Shown: positions 34,696 to 47,407 of the stretch, piece after piece
How positions within the stretch are numbered: position 1 is the stretch's first letter
Layout: every line of letters begins with the position of its first letter
NCBI GenBank assembly: GCA_013265495.1
Contig: MU062119.1
Span: 4,190,388-4,254,387, forward strand
From: Vicugna vicugna
Taxonomy: Eukaryota
Direction: 5' to 3'
Length of the DNA stretch: 64,000 nt
Program-made: the position numbers and the translations under genes
The notes under the pieces: generated by a model
What the model saw: only the letters and a program-made list of their open reading frames with translations
Database searches by the model: none
What the model was told of the DNA's origin: nothing

Positions 34696-36929
34696 CAGGA
34701 TTAAAAAACTCACACCTTCTCCCCCATCACCAAGCCCAGCAAACATCCCCCTCGGGCTCTCTGGAGGGGCAGGGCACGGGGTCTGGGGCCTGCCGGCTCT
34801 CCCCTCCAGCCCTGGCTGCATCCAGGCTTCCAGAAGCTGACAGCCCCCACCCCTCTCTGCACCCACCCCGACCCCAGCACCAAGCACAGACGCTGCGCCC
34901 CTGTGGCGGGTGCTTGGGGGTGGGGCCGAGGCACCCCTCCCCCAGCCAGGGCGACGCACTCGGGCTTGCCGTCCTGAGTCCAGCCATGTCCCCTTGGAAA
35001 GGCTTAAGATGCAGCAGCGAAGGACACACACAGGGCACATCCTTGCCACCTGTGTGACCTGAGGCTCACGACTTGACCTCTCTGAGCTGCAGCTCCTCCA
35101 TCTGTACAATGGGCCAACTCTGGGCTGCCAGCCCAGTCTGTAGGCAGGTGAGATGGCCAGTCAGCACTGGGGCGACTCAGTGAGAAAAGCAGGGACCAGG
35201 TGTGGGTGTGGCCCAGAGGATGCTCCAAGGAGTGACTGAGCTCATGTCTTCAACCTGAGGCCCCAGTGGGGTTGACCAGATGGAGCATCACAAATAGAGC
35301 TCTTTGCTACTGCTTTTAACTCTCAGACTTTGCTTGTGGCCAGAAATGACACATGCCCAGGACACACAGCACAACTTCATACCAGGGCGGCCCAGGGTCC
35401 AAATACTGCTCCCCAGGTGCTGAGTCCCCCAGGCCTTGGCCTTCTCATCAGAATGATGGGGTTCACTTTGGGTCGGCCTGCGGCAGACACCACCCTCTGA
35501 AGACAGTATGAGCTCGGGCCAGCGTGGCTCACCCCTCTCCTCCTCCTGACCCTTTGCTGCAAAGTCCCTGGGCACCCTTCCCAGAGCACCACGCAGAACA
35601 CTCGGATACAGCTCGGGGAGCAGGGCCCTCCCAGCGGCACACTCTGTTCCTGGCCAGCGAGGCTCGGCAGCCTCTGCCACACTGGCTGCCCACTGGCCTG
35701 TTACTCGAGCCGGATACTGGGGCCAGCCTGGGGCAGCAGAGAGGAGACAAAGGCCATCAAGGCAGCTCTGCTCTGTGCCTGAGGCCCTCACATGAGCCAT
35801 GTCTGCAGACCTCGCCACTGCCTGTCCTCACACCGCCACATCCTCTGTGCATGAGGGGTGTCACCCCAGGACGAGCCCAGCTGCCAGCAGTGGACACAGC
35901 TGGTGGATGAAGCCCCGACACTCGGGGGTGACTCAGCCAGATGGAGCCAGCGTCCTCCCATGTGCTGACGGCCGTCTCTGAAAGCCGCACCGGCCCTGTG
36001 TCTCTGCCTCCTGGGATGCCAAGGAGGAAGTCAGTCAAGTCTGCTGGGCAGATTCTGCCCCAGGGGGCTTCTCGCAGACTCTGAAGAGACCCCCAGGTCT
36101 CAACCCCAGCTCAGGTTTCCCACTGCAGACACTTCTCCTGTGGGGCTTGCAGCCAGCCTGGGACGAGTGCTCGGAGGGCCGCACCAGGCCAGGCAGGGTG
36201 CTCACTGCCTCTCTGCTCTCCAGCTGTGTGGTGTGCGGGGGCCCCGAACGGCAGGGCCTCCGGACACCAGCGGGGCTCCTGCCGCTGGTCTTGCCCACAT
36301 GCGGTCAGGGCGCCCCCTGGTGGGCGTGGAGGCGAGGAGAGGCGTGTGTGCGGGGACAGGGAAGGCCTGTCTGGGTGGACGGGGCAGCCCCCTCCAGGCA
36401 GATGCCCGTGGCAAGGCCCATCCCTAGCAGAGCAGGCCCCGCGCGTGGCCTTTCCTCCTGGGCCAGTATCCACTCTGCCTGTCAGTTCCAGCCTATTCCC
36501 TCAACACTTCCTCCTCCGCCAGTAACTACAGAAGCAGGAAGGGCCTGGGAACAGGTGGAATTCAGAAACTGGCAGATGCCAAGCCCACTCAAGTCAGGAC
36601 CAATGTCCGTTCTGCAGAGCTGGAGGCCTGGGGTCTGTGAAAACAGAGTTCCCGCACTCATGTCCTCTGGGTGCCCAAGAGGGCCGCGGAGCCCAGGATC
36701 AAGCCTCGAACATTCGGGGCAAGCAGAGCACCCAGGGTACCCTCTTCCTCTGCCTGGGAGGTCGACTCCCTGCCTCTAGGCAGTGAGCCCAGAGGGTGTC
36801 TGGGAGGCCTGCACCAGAACCCGCAGGGACCCAGGCCTCCTGGCAGCAAACTGCTCCTGCCACCCTGACTCATCCAACCAGCAGCCCTTCACCAAGACAG
36901 GCTGACCGTCACCCTCAGAAGTGCTCAAA

Positions 36930-37030
36930 GCCAGTGCTGTAGCAAGTCTTGCGGTACAAACAGGAAGGCTGAAGTTCAAAGAGGGTCCGTGTTTGCCTAA
37001 AGTCACACAGCACATCACTGCCCAAGTGAC
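36930..37030. mobile_element. MIR SINE fragment
   Basis: tacaaacaggaaggctgaagttcaaagaggg..tttgcctaaagtcacacagc. Confidence 0.55.
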
Positions 37031-37706
37031 ACCAGGGGACAGGGCTCTGGATTGCTGGGGGACACTTGTCCACGCCACCACAGAATTCCAGCCTTGGGGG
37101 GTTAAGCTGTGCCCCTCCGCTCTGGGACAAGGAACGTTTCCAGAGACAGCATGCCCTGCCACGTCTGAGGTGGGTATCAAGGCCTGGAGTTCCTGGTCTC
37201 CCGGGAAACATGACGCCTGGGAAGAGGTTCCCCCGAGCAGGCTGGAGGCTCCTGAGGCGGGCAGCAGGGCCCAGCAAGCCCTCCGAAGTCCCCTGGGGCT
37301 CCCGTGGCCCAGCACGCCCACCGCCTCAGCCACAGGCCACCGGACACCCCCGTAGTGGCTCCTAGAGCCCAAGAAGGACAGAAGCAGCAGAGCGCGCGAG
37401 AAGCAGGAGCAGAGCAGAGGTGCCGGGGCTGGTGGGCTCCCAGGGCCCAGGAGGGCCTGCAGGCAGACAGCACTGTCCCCGCCGGGACCAAGCAGCCCGA
37501 GAGAAACAAGAGTAGATGGGGCTGCGAGCACGTGGGCGGGCCGGCCCTGCCTCCGGAGCCCTTCAAAGGCGGCGCGGCTCGTGGGAACAGCTGCGTCCCG
37601 GGCACCTGCTCCTCGCAGGAGCCGGCGAGGCCTGGGCAGGAAGGAAGGGGCTGCTCTCGCTCTCTCCCCCTCCCTCGTGCCGCAGCCTGGCAGGTGCGCC
37701 TCTTAC

Positions 37707-37925
37707 CTCTGGGCTCCTCCGCCTGTTTGGCGAGCTTGCGCAGCGCGGCGGCAAAGCTGGAGGACGGCGCGGCCTGGGCCNNNNNNNNNNNNNNNNNNNN
37801 NNNNNNNNNNNNNNNNNNNNNNNNNNNNNNNNNNNNNNNNNNNNNNNNNNNNNNNNNNNNNNNNNNNNNNNNNNNNNNNNNNNNNNNNNNNNNNNNNNNN
37901 NNNNNNNNNNNNNNNNNNNNNNNNN
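37707..37925 (-). CDS. GSE1: GSE1 exon 2 (only 37707-37780 sequenced; 5' part and acceptor inferred inside gap 37781-37983)
   Basis: AQAAPSSSFAAALRKLAKQAEEPR(G)|GTAAGA. Start extrapolated from the 219-bp exon recalled for human, which fits inside the 203-N gap. Confidence 0.88.
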
Positions 37926-40134
37926 NNNNNNNNNNNNNNNNNNNNNNNNNNNNNNNNNNNNNNNNNNNNNNNNNNNNNNNNNNNGCGGGGTCTGCAGGGC
38001 CCGGGACCGGCACCAGCGGGCAGCATGCAGGGACGGCAGGAGGCCCGGGCGACCCGGCAGGACAGGTGAAGCAGAACAGAGCCAGCGCTACGGAAAGATT
38101 GGAGCCTCGCCCCGGCGACCCCCACCCTCTAGGATCCATCCACAAAGAACCCTGTGCCCAGGACCCTGTTGATTTTAGAGGCCAAAAAGCTCCTGCCAAC
38201 ACGACCCGTGGCACGACCCCACCACCTCCCCAGGGCAGCCCGGAGATTAGAAAGCGCCTCCTGACAGGGGTCAGGGGAGACGAGGCACGGGCCCGCATTC
38301 CTGCAAGAACCAGAGGAACACCCGCAGACAGAAGGGCGGCATTGGTGCTGATCACGAGAACAGCTCACATTAGAGCACAGCCTGCCCGGCCGCCTGCCTG
38401 GCACTCTGGGGAGGCTGGCTCTGTACTGTGCCCCCCTTCCAGAAAAGGAAACTGAGGCTCGCACAGGCAGGCAGCACAGACCTAGGATCATTCCGGGGAG
38501 TTGGCCAGAGCCCTGTGTGCCACCAACACACCCCGCTGAATCCCAAAGCCACCGGGGACCCGGCAGGTCTGCACTGAGAAGGCAGCTCGGAGGACAGCAG
38601 CAGGCAGAGCGCACAGCTGCCCGCAGACTGTGCCGGGGCCCCGCCTACACGAAAAAGACTACAACTGTGGGTCTGCACTGCCATCCGCGGAGAAGCACCA
38701 TTTCCCCCAGGCTGGCTGGCCGAGGAGCTGCCTCCCACACGGGGTGACATCAGACGCCTTCCCAGGAGCCCCCAGCCTTTCAAGTCCCAAGGAGGCTGGA
38801 CCTTCTCCAGCCTCACCGCCCCATCACAAAGGCCGGCCAGGCCCCTTCGTGAGCAGGCGCGAGCAGCACCATAAATAAGTTTCCCATTAACATCTCCTGC
38901 CCTCTTGGGGGCACTGGCCCAACCCCCGTTCCCTCACCATGAGTACATGCGAGGGGCGTGAACCCAGGCCCACGGCCTCACAGGGGGCGAGCCAACGGGC
39001 GGGCCGTGCGCAGGGAGAGGCAAACCAACTTGCAAAGCCTCAGACGGAGACCTCAGGGGAGCAGCTCCAGGGAAGAGCGTGGGGTCACCTGGGGAGGGGT
39101 CCAGGGGAGGCATGGAAGGGGAGGGGGGACACAAACAGAACATTCAAGAGAATAACGTGGCAGGAACGTGTGCTTCCCCCGGCAGAGGCCCCCACCCCAA
39201 GAGGCTCTCTGCACCCCCTAGAGCCCTTCTCATCTCTGCAGGGTTCTGTGTTCAGTCCATCTAAAGTCTAACTGGAACCTGCTTCTTCACCCATCCCCAT
39301 GGGTGGCCAGGTGAGCACAGGAGATCCCCACAGGTCGGCCCCAAGACCTGCCCTGCCCATCTGCTGCCCCCAGAACTAGCCAGGAGAGGCTGCAGGCCCC
39401 AACACACATCCCAAACCCTGACTCTTGGACAGCCGGGCTAAGGTCGCCATCAGTTCCCTGCCAGGCAGGTGGGAAAAGAAATCTTGGGGGCACGGCCGGG
39501 TAAACGGCCATGGCAGTGTTGGGGTGGGGGCTGGTGCATAAAAGACAATACTGAGGCAGGCGCAAGCTCGAGGGAACACCATTCTCTTGGGAGAGGGTCT
39601 GTACCTCGGAAACAAAGGACCCCCACAAGAGCCCCTGCGCCCACAGCCAGCAGGCTGGCCTCCCAGCTGCTGGCGGCCACGTGGGCGGTGCCACGTGGGA
39701 GGGGGATGGCGCCGGCAGCAGCAACCCCGTTGAGCAGCTGGGGCAGCGCTGACCCGAGGCTGACCCTGTGTGTCTTCCTCTTTCTGGAAGAACTGGGGAG
39801 AGGGTGGGAGTAGGGGTGGGATCCACATGCCCACAGGCACTGCGAGCCCAGCAGGGAAAAGCAACAACCCAGTGGGGTGGGGGGGTCCCTACCCCAGGCG
39901 CCCCATGGCTAGAAAATGCAGGTTCCTAACAAGAGTCCTTTCTCAGCCAGCCTGGCACCCAGCCAGCTGCTGGAAGACCCTCGAGCACGACGGACACCGA
40001 GCTCTGGAAGGGCAGCCCCAGGCCCCTGTTGGTGCCCTCTTCTCCCAGGGACAGAGAGCGCAGGACTTGCACAGCTGGCCACAGCGCAAGGAAGCAGCAG
40101 GAGCCTAGAGGTTGGGCTTACACCGATCAGGCTG

Positions 40135-40330
40135 CCAGACGCCGGGGCTCGAGTCCCAGCTCTGCGGCCTCTTGCTGTGCAACCTTGGGCAAGTTACTCT
40201 GCCCCTCTGGTCTCAGCCTCCTCATCGGTAAACTGCAAATAAAGACAGAGTCCCTTATGAAATTAATCCCATGAGGGGCTTCAGAGCAGGCCTGGCACAC
40301 GCCAGGGGCCACTATTATTATCATACAGCT
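40135..40330. mobile_element. MIR SINE
   Basis: ctcgagtcccagctctgc..tgtgcaaccttgggcaagttact..ctcagcctcctcatcggtaaa..cctggcacac..tattattatcat. Confidence 0.8.
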
Positions 40331-41629
40331 AGTTAGCTACTGAGGGCATAATAAACCCAGGTCTGGATGGGTGAGGGGCTTGGTGAGTCCATACAGGTCA
40401 GGCTCAGCAAACTGGGACCCGAGCTGATCAATCTGTGCCACCTGCTACTGGCCCCCACCACCTGGGTGACCAGAGCTGCGACGAGAGGTGACTTGGTGTC
40501 AGGGGTCCGTGTGCTGTTTGGCATGGGCACCCCTCACCCCAACCTGAGAGCCCTCCCTGCCACTGTCCCTTGCTCCGACCAGGCCAGGAGCTGCATGGCC
40601 CAGCTCTCCACGTCCCTGAGTGGCAGTCGCTGGTGGAAGTTAACACACAGGACACCCCAAGACAGAAGGGGGCCAGAGCTCTCGTCTTGCTGCCTGCAGG
40701 GACAAGGACATGACCCCAACACGAGCTGATCTGGGCAGCCTAGGAGTCTTCCAGGTCTCGCTTGGGACCAGACGCTCTCAGTGGATCAGTGGGGCTCTAT
40801 TTTGGGGGAGGGTGTATACAACGAAGCACTGCCCTTGCAGAGACCCAGTCCTGGCACAAAGCGCACCAGGTCCTGGAGGTCCTACCAGCACTCGGAGGAA
40901 GACACCACCATGCGGGGCTGCCCCGGAGACAGTTCAGCAGCACACCTGGGACTCGAACAGACTCCCAGGCCCAGATACACGTCCTCACCACTCATGACAC
41001 CACCTGCCAAGGCCAACCTGTGATGCCAGACCACAGGTGCAAACACCCTCAGAGCTGGGATTTATGATGGGGGTTCAGAAATACATCCAAAGTCTGTCAC
41101 TCATGCCTTCAAGAGGTGGAGACAAACCCTCTTCTCTCAAACATGGGCCAGACGTCTCAACTCTCCTGCTGAATAGGGTACAGCAGAAGTATGGAGTGTG
41201 CCTGCCAAGGTGAGGTCATCAGAGCCCCCTGGCCACCTCCCTGGGCTCCTCGGACCCCTTGAGACGCAGGGGTCAGTGGCTGTGGAGAGCCCCACGTCTG
41301 GGGAACTGAGCAGCCATGTGGGGCACCATCTTGGCAGGTACTCACTCCTCTGACCCCGGGAGTCTTCAGACGAGATGGTATCAAAGAAGGAGCCACAGCC
41401 TCGCAGCCGAGCCACTCCCAAATCCCACATTTGGGTTTGGGGCAGGTTTTTATGCAGCATCAGATAACTGGTCCAGTGAGCATCACCGCATCCTCCATCA
41501 AGACCCTCAATCTCTATTTTCTTTCTTCATGGACCCCAAGTTCAACCATCTCCATATACTCTATGTCTTTACCTAGAGCTTCCAAACGGGCCCCTCTGAT
41601 GCCATCAAAGGCCATTAACCACCTCCCCG

Positions 41630-41730
41630 CTCTTCCTGGCATTCCTTCAAATCCTATCAACTCTAAGAGAAAAGCATTACTGTGCCCATTTTACAGATGG
41701 GAGAATCCAGGCTTAGGCCCTTGGGCCAAC
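41630..41730. mobile_element. MIR SINE fragment
   Basis: aaatcctatcaactct..attactgtgcccattttacagatgggaga. Confidence 0.6.
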
Positions 41731-44700
41731 ACACAGTCAACAGCAGGGCTGGGATTACCTGACCATACATACAGCTGGTCAGGTCCCAGATACACACCCA
41801 TTCTGGGGCGGTGGGAGAGGGGCTGGCTCTACTCTGCCCCACAGCCCCCACCCACACGCTGCCATGCCGGGGGAGGGGAAGCAGGGATGTGACCCAGGCC
41901 ATGCGGTCCTCCCGCCTCCCAGTGACCCGTCTGTCCCCAGAGCCCAGGGAGCAGATGTGAGGTCACTGCCTAGTGGCCACATGACAGGTTGGCCAGCTGA
42001 GACCTGGGTGGACACACTGTGGTGGCCAAATGCCAGCGCTGGGCAGGACTGTACAGAGGTGCTGAAATAAGCAGGGGACAGCCACGGAGCAAGTCGCAGG
42101 TCAGACTCCAACACACCACACGCCCCCAAGGCTGTTGGGGGTGGTCTCTGGTGGCAGTAAGAGGAGCAATTTCCTCGTTTTTGGCCTTTTTACCTCCCTA
42201 TGTTCTACCTTTTCTGTAGCAAACCAGGGTTTTTTTGTTTTTGATTTTAAAAGGGGGCCCTCAAAGAGACAAAGACTTGCCCTCACATGGCCGGTATAAC
42301 CAACGAGCACGGGGCACCCCCCAGACTGGGGGCTCCCACTCGCCGGTCACAGGAGCCCAGGGACTGGGGCTGGCCCCCAACCCCCACCAACGGCCTTAGC
42401 CCTTCCTGGGTGACCAGGGCCTCAGCAGGAGGGTCCAGTCTCTGCCTCCTCCCTCCCTGGGTCAGCTACCACCCGAATGTCATTGTCACCCCTTACAGGC
42501 ATCCAGTGACACCCTACCCCCAGAGTCTGTCCTCCCTCTCCTCCAAGCCTGGAACCTGCTGCCCAGGCCCCACCAGAGGCCTGCAGCACCCGGTGTACAG
42601 CCCCCCTGGCCTCCTAGGGGTCCCCCAAAGCCAGCATTCTTGCTATGGTGTCAGCTGTGGGCCCTGGAGCAGCTTCAAGCTGGGGAAGCTGCTCTGCTGA
42701 TGTCAGGTCACTTAAAATAGAATTCCAAATGAACAGCTTCATTAGGGGAGTCTAAAATTAGCATTCCTCCTCGCACGTGTGCATCAGGATGGCCGGGGAG
42801 GGGAAGCGGGGGCTTCGGGACCACCGGCAGCCGGCGTGACAGCTCCCTGGCACAAAGGACATGGAAGGACAAAGGCCAAACTTGAGGGACCCAGAGCCCA
42901 CAACGGGTCGCCCTGGACCTGCCGGTAACCGACACAGCCTCCCGGAGCCCACCCCGACCTCTGTGCCTCACCCCCTAGTCACAGGCTTGGAGTCACTTCA
43001 GGGTTGCTCTGCCCCCGCCCCCCCAGGTGTCCTGCCACCGAAGCCAGGCAGGAGCCACCAGACATCACGGACACCCCAGGGGCAAGTAAGGGGGACGTGG
43101 GCCTCAGGGTAGCCCCCGAGCAGGGCGCCTACCCCCACCCCGCCCTCATTAGGGAGGTATTCATTAACTTCCGCGGCGCCTGGCCTGGGCTGAGCAGTGT
43201 CTACATTACCAGCTCATGTAAATTCATTATCCTAACAGCTGGGAACAGGCTCCACAGCGTGAGGGCCAGTGATGGATGAGGCCCGGGGGCTGGGGCGGCC
43301 CAGGGCAGGGACAGGGACGGGGCTCCCTCCCCGCTGTACCAGCCCCGGCATGTGTGGAGCTCAGATGGCCACCCGGCCTTCCATCTGCATCACACGCTGC
43401 TGACCTCCTCTGGACAGGTGCCTCCTGCTGCCGCTGGCTGCCCCCGCGGCCCCCCAGGAGAAGAGAGCCGCCGCAGCCAGATGCCCAGAGGCAAACGCAG
43501 CCGCGAGGCCGAGGGCAGGCAAGGAGAAGCCCCCAGCCTGGCAGCACCCGCAAATCAACTCGGCCCCTCAGACCGTGTCCCTCGGGTGGCAACGGCCTGA
43601 CTCCCGTCCAGCACCGCCAGGGAGGCCCTCAGCAGCCCTGCTCCTTCCACCAGAGTGTGGTGGCTTCCATCATACTTTTCTCTCGTCTCTGCCTAAGTTT
43701 CTAGCATGGCCAGGAGCAGCACAAAGCTTTGGGGGGAAAAAAAAGGCAAAGAAAAATCCAAGGGCAGAATGGTGAGCCCAGCTGGCGGCACAGAGGACGT
43801 TTTCCAGAACCACCTTGTTCCCAATGCTTCAGAACAGACCTGGATCGATCGGGGTGCCTGCTGTCCGAATGCTCCGAGCAGCAGGACATGAAAAGGGGGG
43901 CAGGCCCCTAACACTCCATTAAACACGGCCTCGGCCCCCGCCCCCTCTGCGCTCGGCGGAGGGCGTTACTAATCAGCACGCAGCGGCCTCCCTCCAGCCC
44001 CCCGCGGCTCCTGTAATTACTGCCTCCTTTCATCCCGCTCTCCCCGGCACCAGACCTCAGGCCTGCTCCCTCCATGCTCTGTAATTACAAGCTAATAGCT
44101 GAGATGAATTTTCTGCTGGCTCCCGGTTCAAGCACCAATCGGCCCCTTCCCTCGACGGCCCCCCCTGGGGTAATTACACCCCACGAGGTTGGGCCCAGCA
44201 GGGCTTCACTTCCAGGCCCGCGTGTGCAATCTGGACTGGGTTTCTCTAATCACCCCTCTTGGTAATTTTTCATTACCACAGAAAGAAATGTTTGTGAACA
44301 AATACAGGGCGTCCCCCAGCTCGGAGCCCCCCATGCCCCGGCTCCCCCCGCAAAGGGGCGAGGGTTCTGCAGCCCTGACAAGGCGGAGGTCACCTGAGCA
44401 GAGACCCTGGAAGGCGGCGGCAGCAGCGGCGTGGGGCACCACGTGATCCCGGGAGCCTGAGCGGCTTCATAATAAATTCATTATTATATTTGTCTTTGGC
44501 TGTTCTGAGTTCACTCGCACAAAGCAGTTTTTCTTGGGGGTGGGGGCGGGGGAGGCGACTGGAAGAGTCGGGGAAGGTCTTCTTGCTCCTAGATGCACAG
44601 GGGAGCCTGCTGTCCGCCTTAACGTTCTTTTCAACTAAGATTGTAGGTTTCAAAGGGGACGGGGCTTCTTCTGGCCCTGAGTCCCAGAACTGGACGTACT

Positions 44701-47312
44701 CCCTAAGGCTACAGCCCGTAGCTGGTAGGCAGAGCCAAAGCCACGGCTAATTGCTGGAGCAGGGGCCGGCCCTAGCAGATGGCCTGGATCCTGACCCGGA
44801 ACCAGAGAGGAGGGAGGGAGAGAGAGGGGGAGGGGAGGGGAAGAAGTGGGAGGAACGGGAGGCCAGCCTGTGCGACCAGAGGGGACCCTGGCCCAGGAGT
44901 GAAATGAGTAACAAGGCAGCTCATTTTACAAGGAGTCTGCCATCCTCCCCCGCGCAGACCTGTCTATCAGCAGCATTTATTAAGTCACTCCAGAGTACTG
45001 AGTGCAGGAGCCCATGAGCTGCAGGAACTGTCCGCCAGGACCCCAGTCAATGAGAATGGGAGCCCACCTCCAGGGGTGAGCCCACCGCCCAGCGCCAACA
45101 CCTCTGGGTGAGCTGTTGGCAAAGCTAATTTCTGGTGTCACTGGGCAGCCACCGCCAACGGGTCCAGCAATGCCCCATAGCTGCAAAGAGAGGGCAGCAA
45201 CATTTCGGGCTCCAGCTGCAAAGCAGGTGGAGGTGAGAGGAGATTGAGGCCCATGCAGGGGTTGAGGTTCAAGGCTGCAGATAGCCAGGAGTCCAGGAGG
45301 TTCCGGTGGAGGCAAAGGACGGAAGTCAGGCAACAGATGGCAGCGACATTTGACAGCGATTATTCTAAGGGCTGCTGCGTCTGGAGAAGCCTGGGACGGA
45401 CAGATGAAGGGCTGGCGGCAGCCAGGGGGCGGCTGGGCGGCCTGGGAGGGGTGCGGGGTGAGAAGAGGCAGAAAATCTGCAGCTTCGGGGAAGCGCACAA
45501 TTAAGACAAAAGAGGCTGAGAGACAGGGTCAAGGTTGGAGTCCAGGACCGCTGAGGCGTTCCTAAACAGTGTGGGCAGTAACAACAACATGGCCTAGCTC
45601 TGCCTGGAGCATCAGTTACCCTTCATAGCAACTTTAGAAACAGACCGTGAGCAGACAGGTCACCCAAGGAGCCTCTATACAGCCCATTCCCTGCCCCCGT
45701 TCTACAGACAGGTAAACAGAGGCTGGAAGAGAGTCACGCCCCTGTCTTTGGTTGCAAGCTGAGGCTGAGGAGCAGGGACGGGAAACCAGTTTTCCTTGCT
45801 GCTGTCCCGGCCATTTCCCTTTAAATGAGGAGACACTGGAAAGGACCCCCCTACTAGGGGTCACCTCCCATCCTGCAGGCTGCTGTGAGCACCCAGCCAG
45901 GGAGGAGGAATACATCTGACCTCAGGGTCCACCCGACCCCCACGCCCCACATTCTGGCAGCCTGGGCTGGAGGGCACCCAGGACAACCCCAGGAATGACT
46001 CCTTTGTGTGCCTGAGGCCCCTGAGCGAACCAGGCCACCTCCAAGCTGAGCCTCACTCACAAAGGAGCCCTTTGAGCAGAGCCTGGAGGCACAGGGTGCA
46101 AGACATGGGTGGGGGTCAGAGGTGTCCAAGGCAGAGGTCCCAAAGGACAAGAACCCAACTTGGCCAGGAGATGGCCACTGAAAGCCTTCAAGTTTCTATG
46201 GAGCGAGCAGCAGGCCAGGGCCAGCAGGTGGGGAAACAGGCCAGGAAGGCAGGGGTCAAGACCAGGTCCTTCCTCCAAAGGGAGGAAACCTGAGTGAGGG
46301 ACCAGACTTTGAGAAGAGGAAGCAGGACACTGGGTGTTAAAACAGCTCATGCCCTGCTCCCCAGGTGAAGTGACAGGAACAGAGGATTCAAGAGCGTTGC
46401 CCCTTCAACACTGAGTGAATGTTGACAAAAGCTGTCTGTGCAGGGCAGGCATCCCACCTGCATCCCCAGCCCCGAAGGGCACATAGTAGGTCCACAGCCT
46501 GCACAGGCACGTCAGCTACCTCTTCACAGGTGCACAGCCGACCAGATTCAACCTGGAGAAAGGCGACACCGGGCATCCGTGCTCAGGCAGACTGGTAACT
46601 TTGGCGGTTACGACAAAGGACTGCACCCTTGGTTGGAAAACCAGCCAGAAGACCTGGTTCCCGGCCTGGCTCCCCCTGAACCTCCCGGTGCGGTCCTGTC
46701 ACTATGTGGTCTGAGCCTCGGTTCCCCCATCAGTACTCTGGATGGGAGGGGGGACTAGACAGGGGTGCCAGAGGCTAAGCTGGCCTCCTTTCATCCATCC
46801 ACCTGGTTTGATTTGGCTTGAAGTCAAGACATGTTTAAATGTGAATCAACGGACAGTATCCTAAAACTGGAAGTTTCAAGTCAAAAGACAACATAGTTTC
46901 TCTTGAAAAATTAGGAGCCACCAAATCATAATCCCAAGAGTAGCAACTGTCCCTTAATCTGTCCCTAAGTCCCCAGGTTGTCAGAGGCCCCACTACACCC
47001 CACTGTCTCAGGCTGATCAGCTCGCCCAACGCCGGGAGGTCTCTCCAGTCCAGAAGCAACGTGGGTCTGGCTGGGCGATGAACAGTGTTTGTAGGAGCTT
47101 AATAAATGCGTGCGCCATCAGGACACTCCACTCGGGTGCTAGTAACATCTGAATTCATCCAGATTCAACAGGAAGAGGTAATCCCATCCACCCTTAGCTT
47201 CAGGGGTGAGGGCCCACCAGGAAGGAGGCCGTGATCCTGGTGCATGTCAACCACAGGTGGGTCCCACCTGAATCAAAGCCAGGACTTGCCTCGAATTACA
47301 AAATGTTTTTCT

Positions 47313-47407
47313 GGGGTAGCAGTTATAGCTCAGCAGTAGAGCACATGCTTGGCGTGCACAAGGTCCTAGGTCCAATCCCCAGTGCCTCCATCAAGAGGGG
47401 AAAAAAA
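47313..47407 (+). mobile_element. Camelid-type tRNA-derived SINE (Vic-1-like)
   Basis: GGGGTAGCAGTTATAGCTCAGCAGTAGAGCACATGCTTGGCGTGCACAAGGTCCTAGGTCCAATCCCCAGTGCCTCC plus A tail. Probable TSD aaaatgtttttct / aaaaggtttctct. Confidence 0.85.

Noticed and set aside
37177-38455. 392-aa and 383-aa ORFs
   Set aside because: They stay open only by crossing a 203-N gap; the real content is the 74-bp end of exon 2.
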